Source: an uncultured Desulfosarcina sp.
GTDB taxonomy: Bacteria > Desulfobacterota > Desulfobacteria > Desulfobacterales > Desulfosarcinaceae
Length of the DNA: 64,000 nt
NCBI GenBank assembly: GCA_963674945.2
Contig: CAXXWQ010000002.1
Coordinates: forward strand, 32,001 to 96,000
Reading direction: 5' to 3'
The notes below the pieces were generated by a model. That model was not told the origin of the DNA, did not search any database, and was given only the letters and a program-made list of their open reading frames with translations. Shown here one piece after another: positions 40,400-50,963 of this stretch. Each line of letters begins with the position of its first letter. The stretch's first letter is position 1. The translations under genes and the position numbers were made by a program.

Positions 40400-41266
40400 A
40401 TGAAAGCTGCGTTTTATCGACATCTATCCAGTTTGTCCCGAAAATGGGGGCCGTGGTTCTTCAGCCTGGTCGCAGGCGGCATCGCAGCCGGGTATTTTCT
40501 GCTATTTCCCAAACGGGTGGCGGTGGGCGTGCGCTTTTATCGCAGGCTCTTTCCGCACATGGGGCCGGCAGGTCACCTTTGGTGCACCTTTCGGCAGTTT
40601 ATCGATTTTACCAACGTATTTCGGGATCGGATGCTGATTTTCGAGCCGAACCGGATCACCACCGATTTTGCGGGATGGGAACGTCTGCGCGATGCCTCGG
40701 GCGACCGGGGCGGCATCCTGCTCATGTCCCATGTCGGCAACTGGGAGGTGGCGGCCAGACTGCTTAAAAAGACCATTCCCGATCTGCGCCTGATGCTCTT
40801 TATGGGAGTCCGGCAGAAGGAACAGATCGAGGCCGTTCAGAAACAGACCGTCAGAAGCAGCGATATTCATGTCGTGGGGGTGGACGAATCCGGCGGTTCA
40901 CCCTATGACATCGTCGAGGGGATCCGTTTCATCCGACGAGGCGGATTGGTCTCCCTTGCCGGTGACCGGGTCTGGCAGGTCGGGCAGCGAACCCTTCCGG
41001 TCCGTTTCCTCGGGCATATCGTTCAATTGCCCGCCGCACCATATGTGTTGGCCATGGCCGCCGGTGCGCCCATCTATGTCTTTTTCGCCCTGCGAACCAA
41101 GCGATTCCACTACCGCTTCAGTGCATCACGGCCCATATGGGTGGCGGCGACGGATCGTAAGGAGCGCAATTTCGCCATGGGGCAAGCCGCCCAACAATAT
41201 GCCGATTTGCTGGCGGATACGGTTCGGCGGCACCCATTTCAATGGCACCATTTCGAGCCGTTTTAA
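40400..41266 (+). CDS. LpxL/HtrB-like acyltransferase
   Basis: LLMSHVGNWE, AGDR, VRFLG and HPFQWHHF; start placed at MKAAF. Confidence 0.85.
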   Translation: MKAAFYRHLSSLSRKWGPWFFSLVAGGIAAGYFLLFPKRVAVGVRFYRRLFPHMGPAGHLWCTFRQFIDFTNVFRDRMLIFEPNRITTDFAGWERLRDASGDRGGILLMSHVGNWEVAARLLKKTIPDLRLMLFMGVRQKEQIEAVQKQTVRSSDIHVVGVDESGGSPYDIVEGIRFIRRGGLVSLAGDRVWQVGQRTLPVRFLGHIVQLPAAPYVLAMAAGAPIYVFFALRTKRFHYRFSASRPIWVAATDRKERNFAMGQAAQQYADLLADTVRRHPFQWHHFEPF

Positions 41267-41372
41267 GGATCGCTGCAATCCACTGCTTTGAATTTTTGGC
41301 AAATTGTAGTAAAAGGCGAGGGCATCTTGATTGCTGTGGTGCATTTTGAAATTGCCATGAAACGATATCTAT

Positions 41373-41636
41373 ATGACACGTCCTGAAATCCAAAAGGCGA
41401 TCATCCAAATTTTCGCCGATCAATTCGAAATCGAAAACCCGGGTCCTACGGAGGATCTGCGGGAGATCTATGAGTTCGACAGCATCGATGCCATCGAGCT
41501 GTTGCGGGAGATCGAGATCCTGCTCGATATTATACTGACGCGCGAAGAGAAGAAGGACGCCATGGAGATCCGCAACATCGAACAGATCGTGGATTACGTA
41601 GTGATGCTGGAAGAAAAGCGCGGCCAACAAAGTTGA
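41373..41636 (+). CDS. acyl carrier protein (pathway-specific)
   Basis: Acidic 87-aa protein with FDSIDAIELL. Confidence 0.88.
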   Translation: MTRPEIQKAIIQIFADQFEIENPGPTEDLREIYEFDSIDAIELLREIEILLDIILTREEKKDAMEIRNIEQIVDYVVMLEEKRGQQS

Positions 41637-41671
41637 TATAATCAATCTTACGATTGCATCGGATAAACCCT

Positions 41672-42910
41672 ATGGAACGAAGAGTCGTCATTACCGGCGC
41701 GGCGGCCATCACTCCCATCGGCAGTTCCCGTGACAGCATGGTCAAAAGCCTGACCGAGGGGCGCTCCGGCGTTCGTCCCATGAAAGACGATGCGCTGTTG
41801 ACAACCCATCTGTACTGCAAGGTGTTCGGCACGGTCACCGATCCGCCAGTCTTCGATTTTCTTCGGCGGGATCGAAAGACCATGGGGCCGGTCTCCTACT
41901 ACGCCTGCCAGGTGGCCAAGACAGCCCTGGAACAATCGGGACTGTCCGAGGAGTTTATCCAAAGCGGCCGGCTGGGGGTGGCATTCGGCTCCACCCACGG
42001 CAGCCCGACGGTGCAGCGGGACATCTACCGTACCTTCTTCAGCGATGAGGCGGCCAAGCTCAAAACGGTGGGCGCCGTGGACTACTTAAAGTCCATGGTA
42101 CACACCACGGCGGTAAATATCACCAAGATGTTCGGTATTCGGGGGCGGGTGATCAGCTCCTCCACGGCCTGCACCACCTCCAGTCAATCCATCGGTTTCG
42201 GCTACGAGGCGGTGAAGTACGGTCTGCAGGACGCCATGCTCTGCGGCGGGGCCGACGAGTACGACACGACCACCGTGGCGGTTTTCGACAACCTTCTGGC
42301 CTGCTCCACCGATTACAACGATACCCCCCATCTGACGCCCCGGCCCTTCGATCGAAAGAGAGACGGCCTTGTGGTGGGGGAGGGGGGCGGCGCCCTCTTG
42401 CTGGAAGCGTTGGAATCGGCGAAGAAGCGGGGGGCAACCATCTACGGCGAGTTGATCGGCTTCTCCTGCTACAACAACGGGGGGGATCTGATCCTGCCCA
42501 ACCGGGACGGCATCACCCTGGCCATCGAAAAGGGTCTGGAAAACGCCCGCATTTCAGCCGAACAGGTGGACTGGATCAGTGCCCACGCCACGGCCACCAA
42601 GATGGGAGATGTCATCGAAGCCCAGGCCATCGCCGCCGTCTACGGCGATCGGCCATATGTTACCGGCCTGAAGGGATACATGGGGCATACCATGGGATCA
42701 TGCGGTGTCATCGAAACCATCACCGCCCTTTACCAGATGGCCGACGGGTTTATCGCACCCACCTTGAACCTGGATCAGGTGGACGACCGCTGTGCCATGA
42801 TCAACCACGTCACCCGTCTGGTGGAGGCACCCATTCGCATCGCCACCATTCAGAATTTTGCCTTCGGCGGGGTGAATACCTGTCTCTTCATCAGGCGATT
42901 TTCAGAATGA
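41672..42910 (+). CDS. beta-ketoacyl-ACP synthase (FabF/B type, aryl-polyene-like)
   Basis: RRVVITG, HTTAVN, STACTTS (Cys), HATAT and GHTMG (His-His), NFAFGG. Confidence 0.92.
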   Translation: MERRVVITGAAAITPIGSSRDSMVKSLTEGRSGVRPMKDDALLTTHLYCKVFGTVTDPPVFDFLRRDRKTMGPVSYYACQVAKTALEQSGLSEEFIQSGRLGVAFGSTHGSPTVQRDIYRTFFSDEAAKLKTVGAVDYLKSMVHTTAVNITKMFGIRGRVISSSTACTTSSQSIGFGYEAVKYGLQDAMLCGGADEYDTTTVAVFDNLLACSTDYNDTPHLTPRPFDRKRDGLVVGEGGGALLLEALESAKKRGATIYGELIGFSCYNNGGDLILPNRDGITLAIEKGLENARISAEQVDWISAHATATKMGDVIEAQAIAAVYGDRPYVTGLKGYMGHTMGSCGVIETITALYQMADGFIAPTLNLDQVDDRCAMINHVTRLVEAPIRIATIQNFAFGGVNTCLFIRRFSE

Positions 42911-43698
42911 AAACGAGTGAACCATCCTTATTGACCAAATGGTATGGCACCATCGCGGACGTTTCCGTCACCTTGATGCTGTGGGCCTACTACACCGTCG
43001 GATTCATCGTCTTGTTTGCACCTCTGTACATCGGCGCATTTTTCGTCTCCAAGGATCTGGCACGTTCGTATCAACGGTTCAACAGCCGTTTCTACAGATG
43101 GTTTTTCGCGTTGCTGCGCCTTCTTGTCCCGGCCTGCCGTTGGCGGGTGGATCCGGCGGCCGAGAAGATCCGCGGGGCGGTGGTCGTGGCCAACCACATC
43201 TCCTATCTCGATCCGATCCTGCTCATCTCCCTTTACCCGCGTCACACCACCATTGCCAAACAAAGACTGTTCTTCATTCCCCTTTATGGCCGCATGCTTC
43301 GCCTCTCCGGCTATCTTCCCGCATCGGCGGACGGCCCGCTTTCGGATTTACTGGTGGACCGTATGGAACAAATGCCCGATTTCCTCCGACAGGGCGGAAA
43401 CCTCATTGTCTTTCCCGAGGGCACCCGAAGTCGTGATGGTCATATGAGTTCTTTCAACAAGGGTGCATTCAAGATCGCCCGCATGTGCAGCGCCCCGATC
43501 CATGTGCTGTACATGGAAAATACGGACCGCCTCTTTCGGCCGGGTCGGTTTCTGTTCGATACCCGATCGGCGAACGAGGTTCGCGTGACGCACCTCGGGT
43601 GCCTTACGCCCGCCGACGATCGTGGCGGTTCTTCCCTCGTCGCCCTGATGGACACTGTCCGTGGGCTTTTCGAAAATCACAGCATGGAGGCGCAATGA
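42907..43698 (+). CDS. PlsC-family lysophospholipid acyltransferase
   Basis: NHISYLD and FPEGTRS motifs; ATGA coupling at both ends. Confidence 0.9.
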   Translation: MKTSEPSLLTKWYGTIADVSVTLMLWAYYTVGFIVLFAPLYIGAFFVSKDLARSYQRFNSRFYRWFFALLRLLVPACRWRVDPAAEKIRGAVVVANHISYLDPILLISLYPRHTTIAKQRLFFIPLYGRMLRLSGYLPASADGPLSDLLVDRMEQMPDFLRQGGNLIVFPEGTRSRDGHMSSFNKGAFKIARMCSAPIHVLYMENTDRLFRPGRFLFDTRSANEVRVTHLGCLTPADDRGGSSLVALMDTVRGLFENHSMEAQ

Positions 43699-45179
43699 AG
43701 ATCTTGCTATTGTCCATGCCTGACGTGGCACCGGTGATCATGCACGAGTCGGCCTTTCATATGCCCAACCTGGGAATTGCCAGCATCGGCGCCAACATCG
43801 ATCCGGGCCATGACGTCTACGTAGTGGACCTGATTCGAAAACGGACAGGGCTGAAAAAACACCTGGTCCGCATGCTGACCGCTATCCGGCCCGATCTCGT
43901 GGGGCTCTCCACCATGACCTGGCAATATGCCACATGCCTCAAGATCATCCGGCTGATCAAAATGATTTTGCCCGAGGCAAAGATCGTCATCGGCGGATAC
44001 CATGCCACGCTCATGGCCGAGGAGATTGCCGCGTCCGCCGATGCCACCGACATCGATTTCATGGTACGGGGGGAAGGGGAAGAGGCCTTCCGGCGCCTGG
44101 TGGCGGCGCTTTCGGATGAGGATCGACTGGAAGACATTCCCTCTATTTCCTACAATACCGATCATGGCTTCGTTCACAATCCCAAGGGCGACCTTCTGGA
44201 TCTTTCGCGCCTGAAATTGCCCATTCGGGACAGGCGGCGATTGACCTGGGGGTACCACATCATGAACCGCAACGCAGAGGTGATGGAGACATCCAGGGGA
44301 TGTACGCGCAATTGTAATTTCTGCAGCATCCGGCACATGTATGGCCGCGCCTTCCGTCACTTCCCGTTGAAACGAATCCTGGCGGATATCGACGACATCT
44401 ATTACCGCCGAAAGGTTCGCTGGATCTTCGTTTCCGATGACAACTTTGTGCTGGACCCGGATCGGGTGATTCGCATCTGCGACGCCATCATCGCCCGCGG
44501 GTATCGCAAACTCTATTTCGTGGTCCAGGCCGACTGCGTGACCATGTCCCGCAACGAGAAGATGGTCGAAAAGATGGCCCGGGCCGGTTTCAAGTCGATC
44601 TTCCTGGGCATGGAAAATGTTTCCAAGAAGAACCTGGCGACGGCGAACAAGGGTGACATCGTGGACGCCTCCAGAAAGGCGATTCAGCTTTGCCACAAGT
44701 ACGGGATCATGGTCGTGGGGGGCATGATCTTCGGTTTCCCGGACGACGGGGAAAAAGAGATCATCGAAAACTATCGCTTCCTCAAGTCCTCCGGCGCCGA
44801 TACAGCGTATTGTCAAATTCTCACCCCATACCCGAAGACCGGCATCCGAAAACAACTGATGGATCAGGCTCTGGTCACCAACCCTTTCGACTATTCCCGA
44901 TACAACGGCATGTGGGCCAACGTGAAAACCCGCCACCTTTCGTCGGAAGCGCTGCAGTACTATTTTTGGTACCATCACCAGAAGATCATGGGATGGTGGG
45001 CGCCATCACCCCACATTCGGGCCCAGAGCCGGCTGTGGACCTCCATCTGGATATACGCTTTCAAGCCGATCATGAAGATCATCGTGGCACGGGAACAGGA
45101 GCGATACGGCTGGCGGGGACGGTTCGAACGGGCCATGCGTGCCAGGGCCGCGGTCAACCGCTTTGAGGATTTGGACTGA
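43695..45179 (+). CDS. cobalamin-binding radical SAM enzyme
   Basis: N-terminal B12 domain (PNLGIASI, IVIGGYHAT, VRGEGE) and CTRNCNFC; GGAGG RBS. Confidence 0.92.
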   Translation: MKILLLSMPDVAPVIMHESAFHMPNLGIASIGANIDPGHDVYVVDLIRKRTGLKKHLVRMLTAIRPDLVGLSTMTWQYATCLKIIRLIKMILPEAKIVIGGYHATLMAEEIAASADATDIDFMVRGEGEEAFRRLVAALSDEDRLEDIPSISYNTDHGFVHNPKGDLLDLSRLKLPIRDRRRLTWGYHIMNRNAEVMETSRGCTRNCNFCSIRHMYGRAFRHFPLKRILADIDDIYYRRKVRWIFVSDDNFVLDPDRVIRICDAIIARGYRKLYFVVQADCVTMSRNEKMVEKMARAGFKSIFLGMENVSKKNLATANKGDIVDASRKAIQLCHKYGIMVVGGMIFGFPDDGEKEIIENYRFLKSSGADTAYCQILTPYPKTGIRKQLMDQALVTNPFDYSRYNGMWANVKTRHLSSEALQYYFWYHHQKIMGWWAPSPHIRAQSRLWTSIWIYAFKPIMKIIVAREQERYGWRGRFERAMRARAAVNRFEDLD

Positions 45180-45198
45180 AGAAGAAAAAGAAAACAAC

Positions 45199-45816
45199 GT
45201 GGGCAACTACGAAAAAATCACCGAAAGTAACCTGAAACGGTTGTACGACAATCCGCCGACGGATCTTGCGAAGCGTCTTCCAGGAAAGAAAAAAGAAGAG
45301 CGTTTTACGTTTTCCGCCTTCGGCCGGACCTGCCGTCTCTCACCTGACGGAATCCTGCTGGATGGTGAGAAACCACCGGGTGTGATCGCAATTCTCCTTT
45401 CCCTGTACGCCCTTCATGTGACACCCGAGGCGCCAGTTCTCGAACCCCTGCGGGCTTTTAAAGAACTTCCCAATTCTTCACCCTACGTGGGGGCCTTTTC
45501 CTCGCACACGGAACAGATTCTGGTGCCGGCGGTTCATCGCATCAAGGACCGGATCGATTCTATCGTTTCCCATTTGTCAGGCCGGGATGCCCCCGATTCG
45601 GTGGGCGGGGATTTCGCTTTCGTGGTGCGCCCCCTGCCCAAGATTTCTCTCTGCTATATCTTCTACGAGGACGATGAGGATTTTCCGCCGTCGGTAACCT
45701 GTCTTTTCTCCAGCAACGCCCACCGGTTCATGCCCATGGATGGGTTGGCCGATGTGGGGGAGTACACGTCGAAGACGATTTTGTCTTTGCTTCAGCCCAC
45801 GCTCAGGGATTGGTGA
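45199..45816 (+). CDS. DUF3786-family protein
   Basis: GDFAF...LPKI.L..IFY..DEDFPPSVTCLF pattern; GTG start. Confidence 0.75.
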   Translation: MGNYEKITESNLKRLYDNPPTDLAKRLPGKKKEERFTFSAFGRTCRLSPDGILLDGEKPPGVIAILLSLYALHVTPEAPVLEPLRAFKELPNSSPYVGAFSSHTEQILVPAVHRIKDRIDSIVSHLSGRDAPDSVGGDFAFVVRPLPKISLCYIFYEDDEDFPPSVTCLFSSNAHRFMPMDGLADVGEYTSKTILSLLQPTLRDW

Positions 45817-46025
45817 TAGATTACCATCCGATGTACCATGCATTGATATTCGAGCTTCTGCGGAAGACATTCTTGAATCAGTTAATAAATCGAGATCAAA
45901 AAGTTGAGCATGTTGCCAGATCTGCGTGTTTTGCTAATAGCCATTGGAAATAGAGATCCAATTTTCTTTTGATACTGACGCTTATCTGTACTTTTGATCC
46001 AGTTGCGATTCGGTATTGCTATCCA

Positions 46026-47099
46026 TTAATAGTATCGTGGCGGGTAATACGCGCCCCATTTACTACCGATAATTTTCCTGCCACATGAAAGCTTTTGGTC
46101 CAAGCTTTCGAGGCTCGCGAAGGGGCCCGACATCGAATTGATTCCAGTATAGCTGGAAACCAGAAGGTATTGCCCATCTTCGAGGATAACACCTGCACCG
46201 GTATGAAGTCCATCCCAGGGATCGTCATACCATTTTACACTTCTCATAAATGTTTTATAGCCGGAACGCTTTAGCATGAACTGTGCGAAATATGCCGCGT
46301 CCGTGCACTGCGCCTTCTTTTCGAAGAAGGTAGCGTAGACACCGCTGGCTTGGGTTTTGCGAAAAGAAAAATACTTGTTGATATAGTAGCTGACAAGTTC
46401 CGGGGAGTTCAACCTTTCGGCAACCGTATAAAATACCTTCCAGCGGGATTGATCGATAGCAGTTTCAATTTGCGGCCAATCATTGATGTTGAAAATCTTT
46501 CGTTTCCTAATGAAATCATCCATGATATAATTTTGGAGTTGTAGGTCATCATGCCGTTTTACGAGAAACGCATATTCTTCCGCCTCTGATTGAGTCTGAA
46601 TCCTGCTAATGATCAGGTGGATGTTTGAACGTTTCATCAACAGACTCTCCTCATTCCATGCCGCATTAAGGATTTTTTCTAGAGTGTAGTGCTGGTAGTG
46701 TCCGGTCGAATCGCTTTGTTCCTTCCTGGATTCTATTTCTAAGATTAGATGGGGTCTGCATTCACCCTTTTCGTCGGTTCTTTTTTCAATTTTAAGGCCC
46801 AAGAGTCTGCCGGAAGCACCCATCTTTTCGTCTTGGATCAGCCAGAACAATGCCTGCAGAGGGGAACAATAGTTCCGTTGTGCCGGCATGCCTATCTCAT
46901 CCATAGCTTTAAAAATTCTATTAAACCTATCGGGGACGAACTGGTAGATTTTGAGCAGGTTGAAAAGGGCTATACATGAAGAATCGGTTCTGAACTTCCT
47001 AATCTCTGGAATCTTCTTCACTTCATATGCCAAATTGGGATTTAAACGGTTGAGTGTGGAAAGGCTATTTTCTATAGAGGGAACAAGCATCATTTTCAT
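46026..47099 (-). CDS. hypothetical protein with possible transglutaminase-like C-terminal domain
   Basis: AQCTDAAYF and LHTGAG suggest a Cys-His pair; 357-aa ORF. Confidence 0.6.
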   Translation of the reverse strand: MKMMLVPSIENSLSTLNRLNPNLAYEVKKIPEIRKFRTDSSCIALFNLLKIYQFVPDRFNRIFKAMDEIGMPAQRNYCSPLQALFWLIQDEKMGASGRLLGLKIEKRTDEKGECRPHLILEIESRKEQSDSTGHYQHYTLEKILNAAWNEESLLMKRSNIHLIISRIQTQSEAEEYAFLVKRHDDLQLQNYIMDDFIRKRKIFNINDWPQIETAIDQSRWKVFYTVAERLNSPELVSYYINKYFSFRKTQASGVYATFFEKKAQCTDAAYFAQFMLKRSGYKTFMRSVKWYDDPWDGLHTGAGVILEDGQYLLVSSYTGINSMSGPFASLESLDQKLSCGRKIIGSKWGAYYPPRYY

Positions 47100-47140
47100 T
47101 CAATAACCATTCAATGCCGTAGGTGAACCGCCGTTTGTTA

Positions 47141-48517
47141 TTATAAACACTGTGTGTCAAAGAAGGCTTGCCGCACCACGGCAGGAACGTTTGTTGCCGC
47201 ATCATCGAAATTGCCACTTATTCTGAAGTCGGATTCTTTCTCATCAAAAAAGAAAGCTTTATCTCCGAAGGCAGGCCTCAATTCGTCAATCCAGCTTGCA
47301 TTTTTATCAAATTCAGCGAAAAATGGTTTTTTCACCCAGTCGGCAGATCGGCCTTGGATGAAAGACATGGAGATATACTTTTTCCCGTTTATTTCAGGAA
47401 TTCCGTCTATTTTAATCTTCCCGTGGCGTGCTGACATACTCGGTCCCCTGACCGTCCTTGCCATTCCGCTAACCTGACTAAAAGCCTTTTTAAAGATACG
47501 ATACGCATCAACCAAAGGAATGGAAAAAAACCTGTGGGAACCGGTATTTCTGGGCACAAACATATAATATGGAATGATGCCCATGTTCACCTGATCCTCC
47601 CACATTTTTTTCCAGACAGCGGGAATGGCGTTTACATTATTGAGCAGCGGGGATTGCGACCTGATTACGGCGCCGGTTTGCCTGATGCGTTTCACTGCCT
47701 CACGAAAGGCAACGGTGGACATCTCGCGATGATGATTAATATGCGCCATTATGGAAAGATGAATTCCAGAATCGACCACTTTTCTAAAAAGTTCCAAAAT
47801 CTTATCTGAATCTTCATCAGTCAGGTATCTGTAGGGCCAGAAAGAGAGGGACTTGGTCCCGATTCGTATTGTTTTTAGATTGGACAATCCTGAATTCAGC
47901 AGGACATTGATGTATGTTTCCAGGCGTTTCGCCTTCATTATCATGGGATCTCCACCGGTAAGAAGCACATCGGTAACTTCACGATGCCTGCTGAGATACA
48001 ATGCAGATAATGCCGCTTGTTTCAATGCGATCTTATGATCGTTCATTCCGACAAACTGCGGCCATCGGAAACAGAATGTGCAGTAGGCATGGCAGGTCTG
48101 CCCCTGGGCTGGAAATAGCAGTACGGTTTCCCTGTATTTATGCTGGATGCCATCGACTCGATTCCCATCCAGCTCAGGAATATTGCATTCAAGTTGACCG
48201 GCCGGGTGCGGATTAAGCCCAAGCCGAATTCTTTTGATCGTCCGGTTGATGAGGGATTTGTCCGTACCGTTTTTTAAAATGCTGGATACCAGATCGAAGT
48301 TCTTTTGGGAAATCAGTTCTTTGTGCGGGAAATTGATCATGAACAAAGGATCATGTGCAACATTGTCCCAATCGATTAATTCATTAACCACATAATTATT
48401 GGTCTTAAATGGTAAGACTCTAGAAACGACATCGATATCGGAGATAGTAGCTTTTTCAAGTCTTCTTACCTGCTCTATCTTTTTGTAATTTTTCCGTGTA
48501 AACGGTTCATATTTCAT
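47141..48517 (-). CDS. KamA-family radical SAM aminomutase-like protein
   Basis: HKYRETVL, CHAYCTFCFR, LLTGGDP, IRIGTK and PYYMF. Confidence 0.88.
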   Translation of the reverse strand: MKYEPFTRKNYKKIEQVRRLEKATISDIDVVSRVLPFKTNNYVVNELIDWDNVAHDPLFMINFPHKELISQKNFDLVSSILKNGTDKSLINRTIKRIRLGLNPHPAGQLECNIPELDGNRVDGIQHKYRETVLLFPAQGQTCHAYCTFCFRWPQFVGMNDHKIALKQAALSALYLSRHREVTDVLLTGGDPMIMKAKRLETYINVLLNSGLSNLKTIRIGTKSLSFWPYRYLTDEDSDKILELFRKVVDSGIHLSIMAHINHHREMSTVAFREAVKRIRQTGAVIRSQSPLLNNVNAIPAVWKKMWEDQVNMGIIPYYMFVPRNTGSHRFFSIPLVDAYRIFKKAFSQVSGMARTVRGPSMSARHGKIKIDGIPEINGKKYISMSFIQGRSADWVKKPFFAEFDKNASWIDELRPAFGDKAFFFDEKESDFRISGNFDDAATNVPAVVRQAFFDTQCL

Positions 48518-48648
48518 AGAGTTATGCTTCGTCGGATGAGCCTTTCTGAAAGGCATCGATAATTGCGGAAGAAACCTGCCGGATCGTTGTTTTCGTGTGA
48601 GTCGAAAAGAGTAGTGCTCTGTCCGTTTTGATCGCTATTCAAAGATAA

Positions 48649-49011
48649 CTATCGATTGATCTCATCCCTAATTGACTCCCAGATGTTGTTGACTTCTTCA
48701 CGCCAGCCATTCACGAATGCGTCATTGTGGACCCATTTGAATCTCTTTGATTCTTCTGGACATATCTTTTCAAGTGAGGTGAAATAAATACTCCTCATAA
48801 GAGAAAAATAATTCGCATCATGCTTGGCGTTGGAACGCTTAACAGCATCCTTGAGTTCTTGGTAAGATGCCTTGCGAACCCATCTTTCCGCGATCCGCTT
48901 CCCCGTTTTAAAAGCTTCATTGATACCTTCGGATTGGCGATCCAACATTACAGATTCCTTCAATTCGATCGCCGCTTTTTCAGCCTTTAATTTTTCAACC
49001 ACCTTTTTCAT
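48649..49011 (-). CDS. hypothetical protein
   Basis: 120-aa helical-looking ORF; no motif recognised. Confidence 0.6.
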   Translation of the reverse strand: MKKVVEKLKAEKAAIELKESVMLDRQSEGINEAFKTGKRIAERWVRKASYQELKDAVKRSNAKHDANYFSLMRSIYFTSLEKICPEESKRFKWVHNDAFVNGWREEVNNIWESIRDEINR

Positions 49012-49307
49012 GTCTTGCCTTTATACTGTGTCGTTTCAGTCTCTAAACGACGGAGATTTTGTGTTTATTGCAGAGCATTGGGTCTAATACCCCGCCGCTT
49101 GCGCCGATAAAATTGATTGAGCTCAATCATTCGTTGATACTCCGTCCGCTTACGGCTGTGCAGTTCATTTTAAACCAAGGCAGGTAAGTCGACGATGGGA
49201 TCGCTAACCACCAATATTCTTTTAGACGTGTGGATGATTGATCGGTATGGAGCAGATGGCATCCCCTCGGACTACAAAGGGATGCTGGATCGAATGACAG
49301 CTATCGA

Positions 49308-49508
49308 CTATACGGCTGTGACATTTTTGGCGGAAGGGCCCTTCGGTCCTTGCTCTACATCAAAGGTTACGCGGTCACCTTCGTTGAGGGATTTGAAGCC
49401 AGTTGAATTGATCGCTGAATGATGAACAAAGACATCTGTTCCATCTTCCTGCTCAATGAATCCGAATCCTTTGCGATCATTGAACCACTTAACTGTTCCA
49501 TTGGCCAT
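49308..49508 (-). CDS. cspA: cold-shock protein
   Basis: [18 protein letters not shown]...DVFVHHSAI...GPKGPSA; AAGGAGG RBS. Confidence 0.96.
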   Translation of the reverse strand: MANGTVKWFNDRKGFGFIEQEDGTDVFVHHSAINSTGFKSLNEGDRVTFDVEQGPKGPSAKNVTAV

Positions 49509-49678
49509 GATAGCATCCTCCTTTCTTATACTATTTTCAATGTCACTGACTGGAGGGTGCCATTTTTGCAAATGGTATTAACCTACAGAGAGGATCCGTC
49601 CTGAAGTGAAACAAATATAGACAGGACTTGATTGAATGTCTCAATAATAACCTGTTTTGCATATTAAGCAAGTTAAAT
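49509..49678 (-). promoter_or_regulatory. csp promoter and structured 5' leader (copy A)
   Basis: TTGCTT -35 candidate; GTCCTG/CAGGAC stem; CCCTCC anti-SD; homologous to 51241-51408. Confidence 0.65.
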
Positions 49679-49703
49679 ATTTGATCGACGCAATATTAGC
49701 TGC

Positions 49704-50936
49704 CTATGCAAGTTTTCTCGCTGCCGATATTCTTCTATCATATCTTTTTCTTCCATTACAAAATTTCGATGCGGTTTTTTTATTTTCCTGCGAGCGACAA
49801 ACAAAATTGGATGATGCTCCACCGTAATTAATCGTTGGTAAAATTCTTTGCTCGATTTTAGAACCAATTGCTCGACGAATTGCATGAACTATTTTTTTAT
49901 CTTCATCGGTAATGAAAGTAAACGCTTCGCCGCTGCAAGTTGCGCGGCCTGTTCGTCCTATTCGGTGGATATATGCATCTGGTGTGGAAGGGATGTCATA
50001 ATTAATAACATGTGAAATCCTATTCACATCGATACCGCGTGCTGCGATATCGGTTGCTACCAAGATCTTGAATTTTCCGTCGCGAAAGCCATCAAGTGAA
50101 GCCTGTCTGCGCGACTGGGAGAGATTCCCCTGTAGTGCTGCCGATGCATATCCTGCAGTTGAAAGCTTTTTGCCTAAGTTTTTGGCACGATGTTTTGTTC
50201 TGGTAAAAACCAGGACCGATTTCGTATCTGTGTTTTCAAGCAGAGTTAGCAGTAGTGCTGTTTTTAAATGCTGAGCTACCGGGTAAAATGCATGGCTGAC
50301 GGTATCTGCAGGGGCGGTGGCACCAACCTGGACAATAGCGGGATCATTCAAAATGCTTCCAGTTAATCGTCGAATTTCGGGTGGCATGGTTGCTGAGAAG
50401 ACAAGAGTCTGACGTTTTTCGGGAACATGGTTGAGAATCTGCCGGATATCCGGAAAAAATCCCATATCCAGCATATGGTCGGCTTCATCCAAAACTAGTG
50501 TTTCCAGTTGGGAAAGATCGATGCTTTGGCGTCGAATATGATCGAGAAGACGACCAGGACAAGCAACAACAACATCTGCCCGTTTCACTTTTTGAATCTG
50601 CTGATGGATTCCTACGCCTCCGTAGATAGCAATGCTTCTAATACATGTCCGACTTCCAAGAACTTCAACTGTTTGATGTATTTGTTCAGCCAACTCGCGA
50701 GTCGGTGCGATAATCAGGGCTCGAATGGGTCCTTGGTTGCTCTTTACTAACCGGTGGAGAATCGGCAGAATGAACGCTGCAGTCTTGCCAGTGCCGGTTT
50801 GTGCCAGCCCCATCACATCACAGCCGTTTTGTATATACGGAATAACTCGTGCTTGAATAGGGGTCGGGTTTTCATAGCCTGCTGCGGCAATACCTGTGGA
50901 AATCAATGGATGAAAAGTAAAAGCTTTAAAGTTCAA
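49704..50936 (-). CDS. DEAD-box RNA helicase (RhlE-like)
   Basis: Q motif, AQTGTGKT, PTRELA, DEAD, SAT, ARGID and HRIGRTGR; TTG start. Confidence 0.95.
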   Translation of the reverse strand: MNFKAFTFHPLISTGIAAAGYENPTPIQARVIPYIQNGCDVMGLAQTGTGKTAAFILPILHRLVKSNQGPIRALIIAPTRELAEQIHQTVEVLGSRTCIRSIAIYGGVGIHQQIQKVKRADVVVACPGRLLDHIRRQSIDLSQLETLVLDEADHMLDMGFFPDIRQILNHVPEKRQTLVFSATMPPEIRRLTGSILNDPAIVQVGATAPADTVSHAFYPVAQHLKTALLLTLLENTDTKSVLVFTRTKHRAKNLGKKLSTAGYASAALQGNLSQSRRQASLDGFRDGKFKILVATDIAARGIDVNRISHVINYDIPSTPDAYIHRIGRTGRATCSGEAFTFITDEDKKIVHAIRRAIGSKIEQRILPTINYGGASSNFVCRSQENKKTASKFCNGRKRYDRRISAARKLA

Positions 50937-50963
50937 TAAGTACCTTCTTTCTGTGCTCCAAAC

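Noticed and set aside
49034..49063. FQSLNDGDFV resembling the csp segment [10 protein letters not shown]
   Set aside because: Only 10 residues with no flanking similarity; may be chance.
49086..49168. REP-like sequence TACCCCGCCGCTTGCG...GATACTCCGTCCGCTTACGG
   Set aside because: Degenerate and single-copy in this window; cannot be supported without a genome-wide search.
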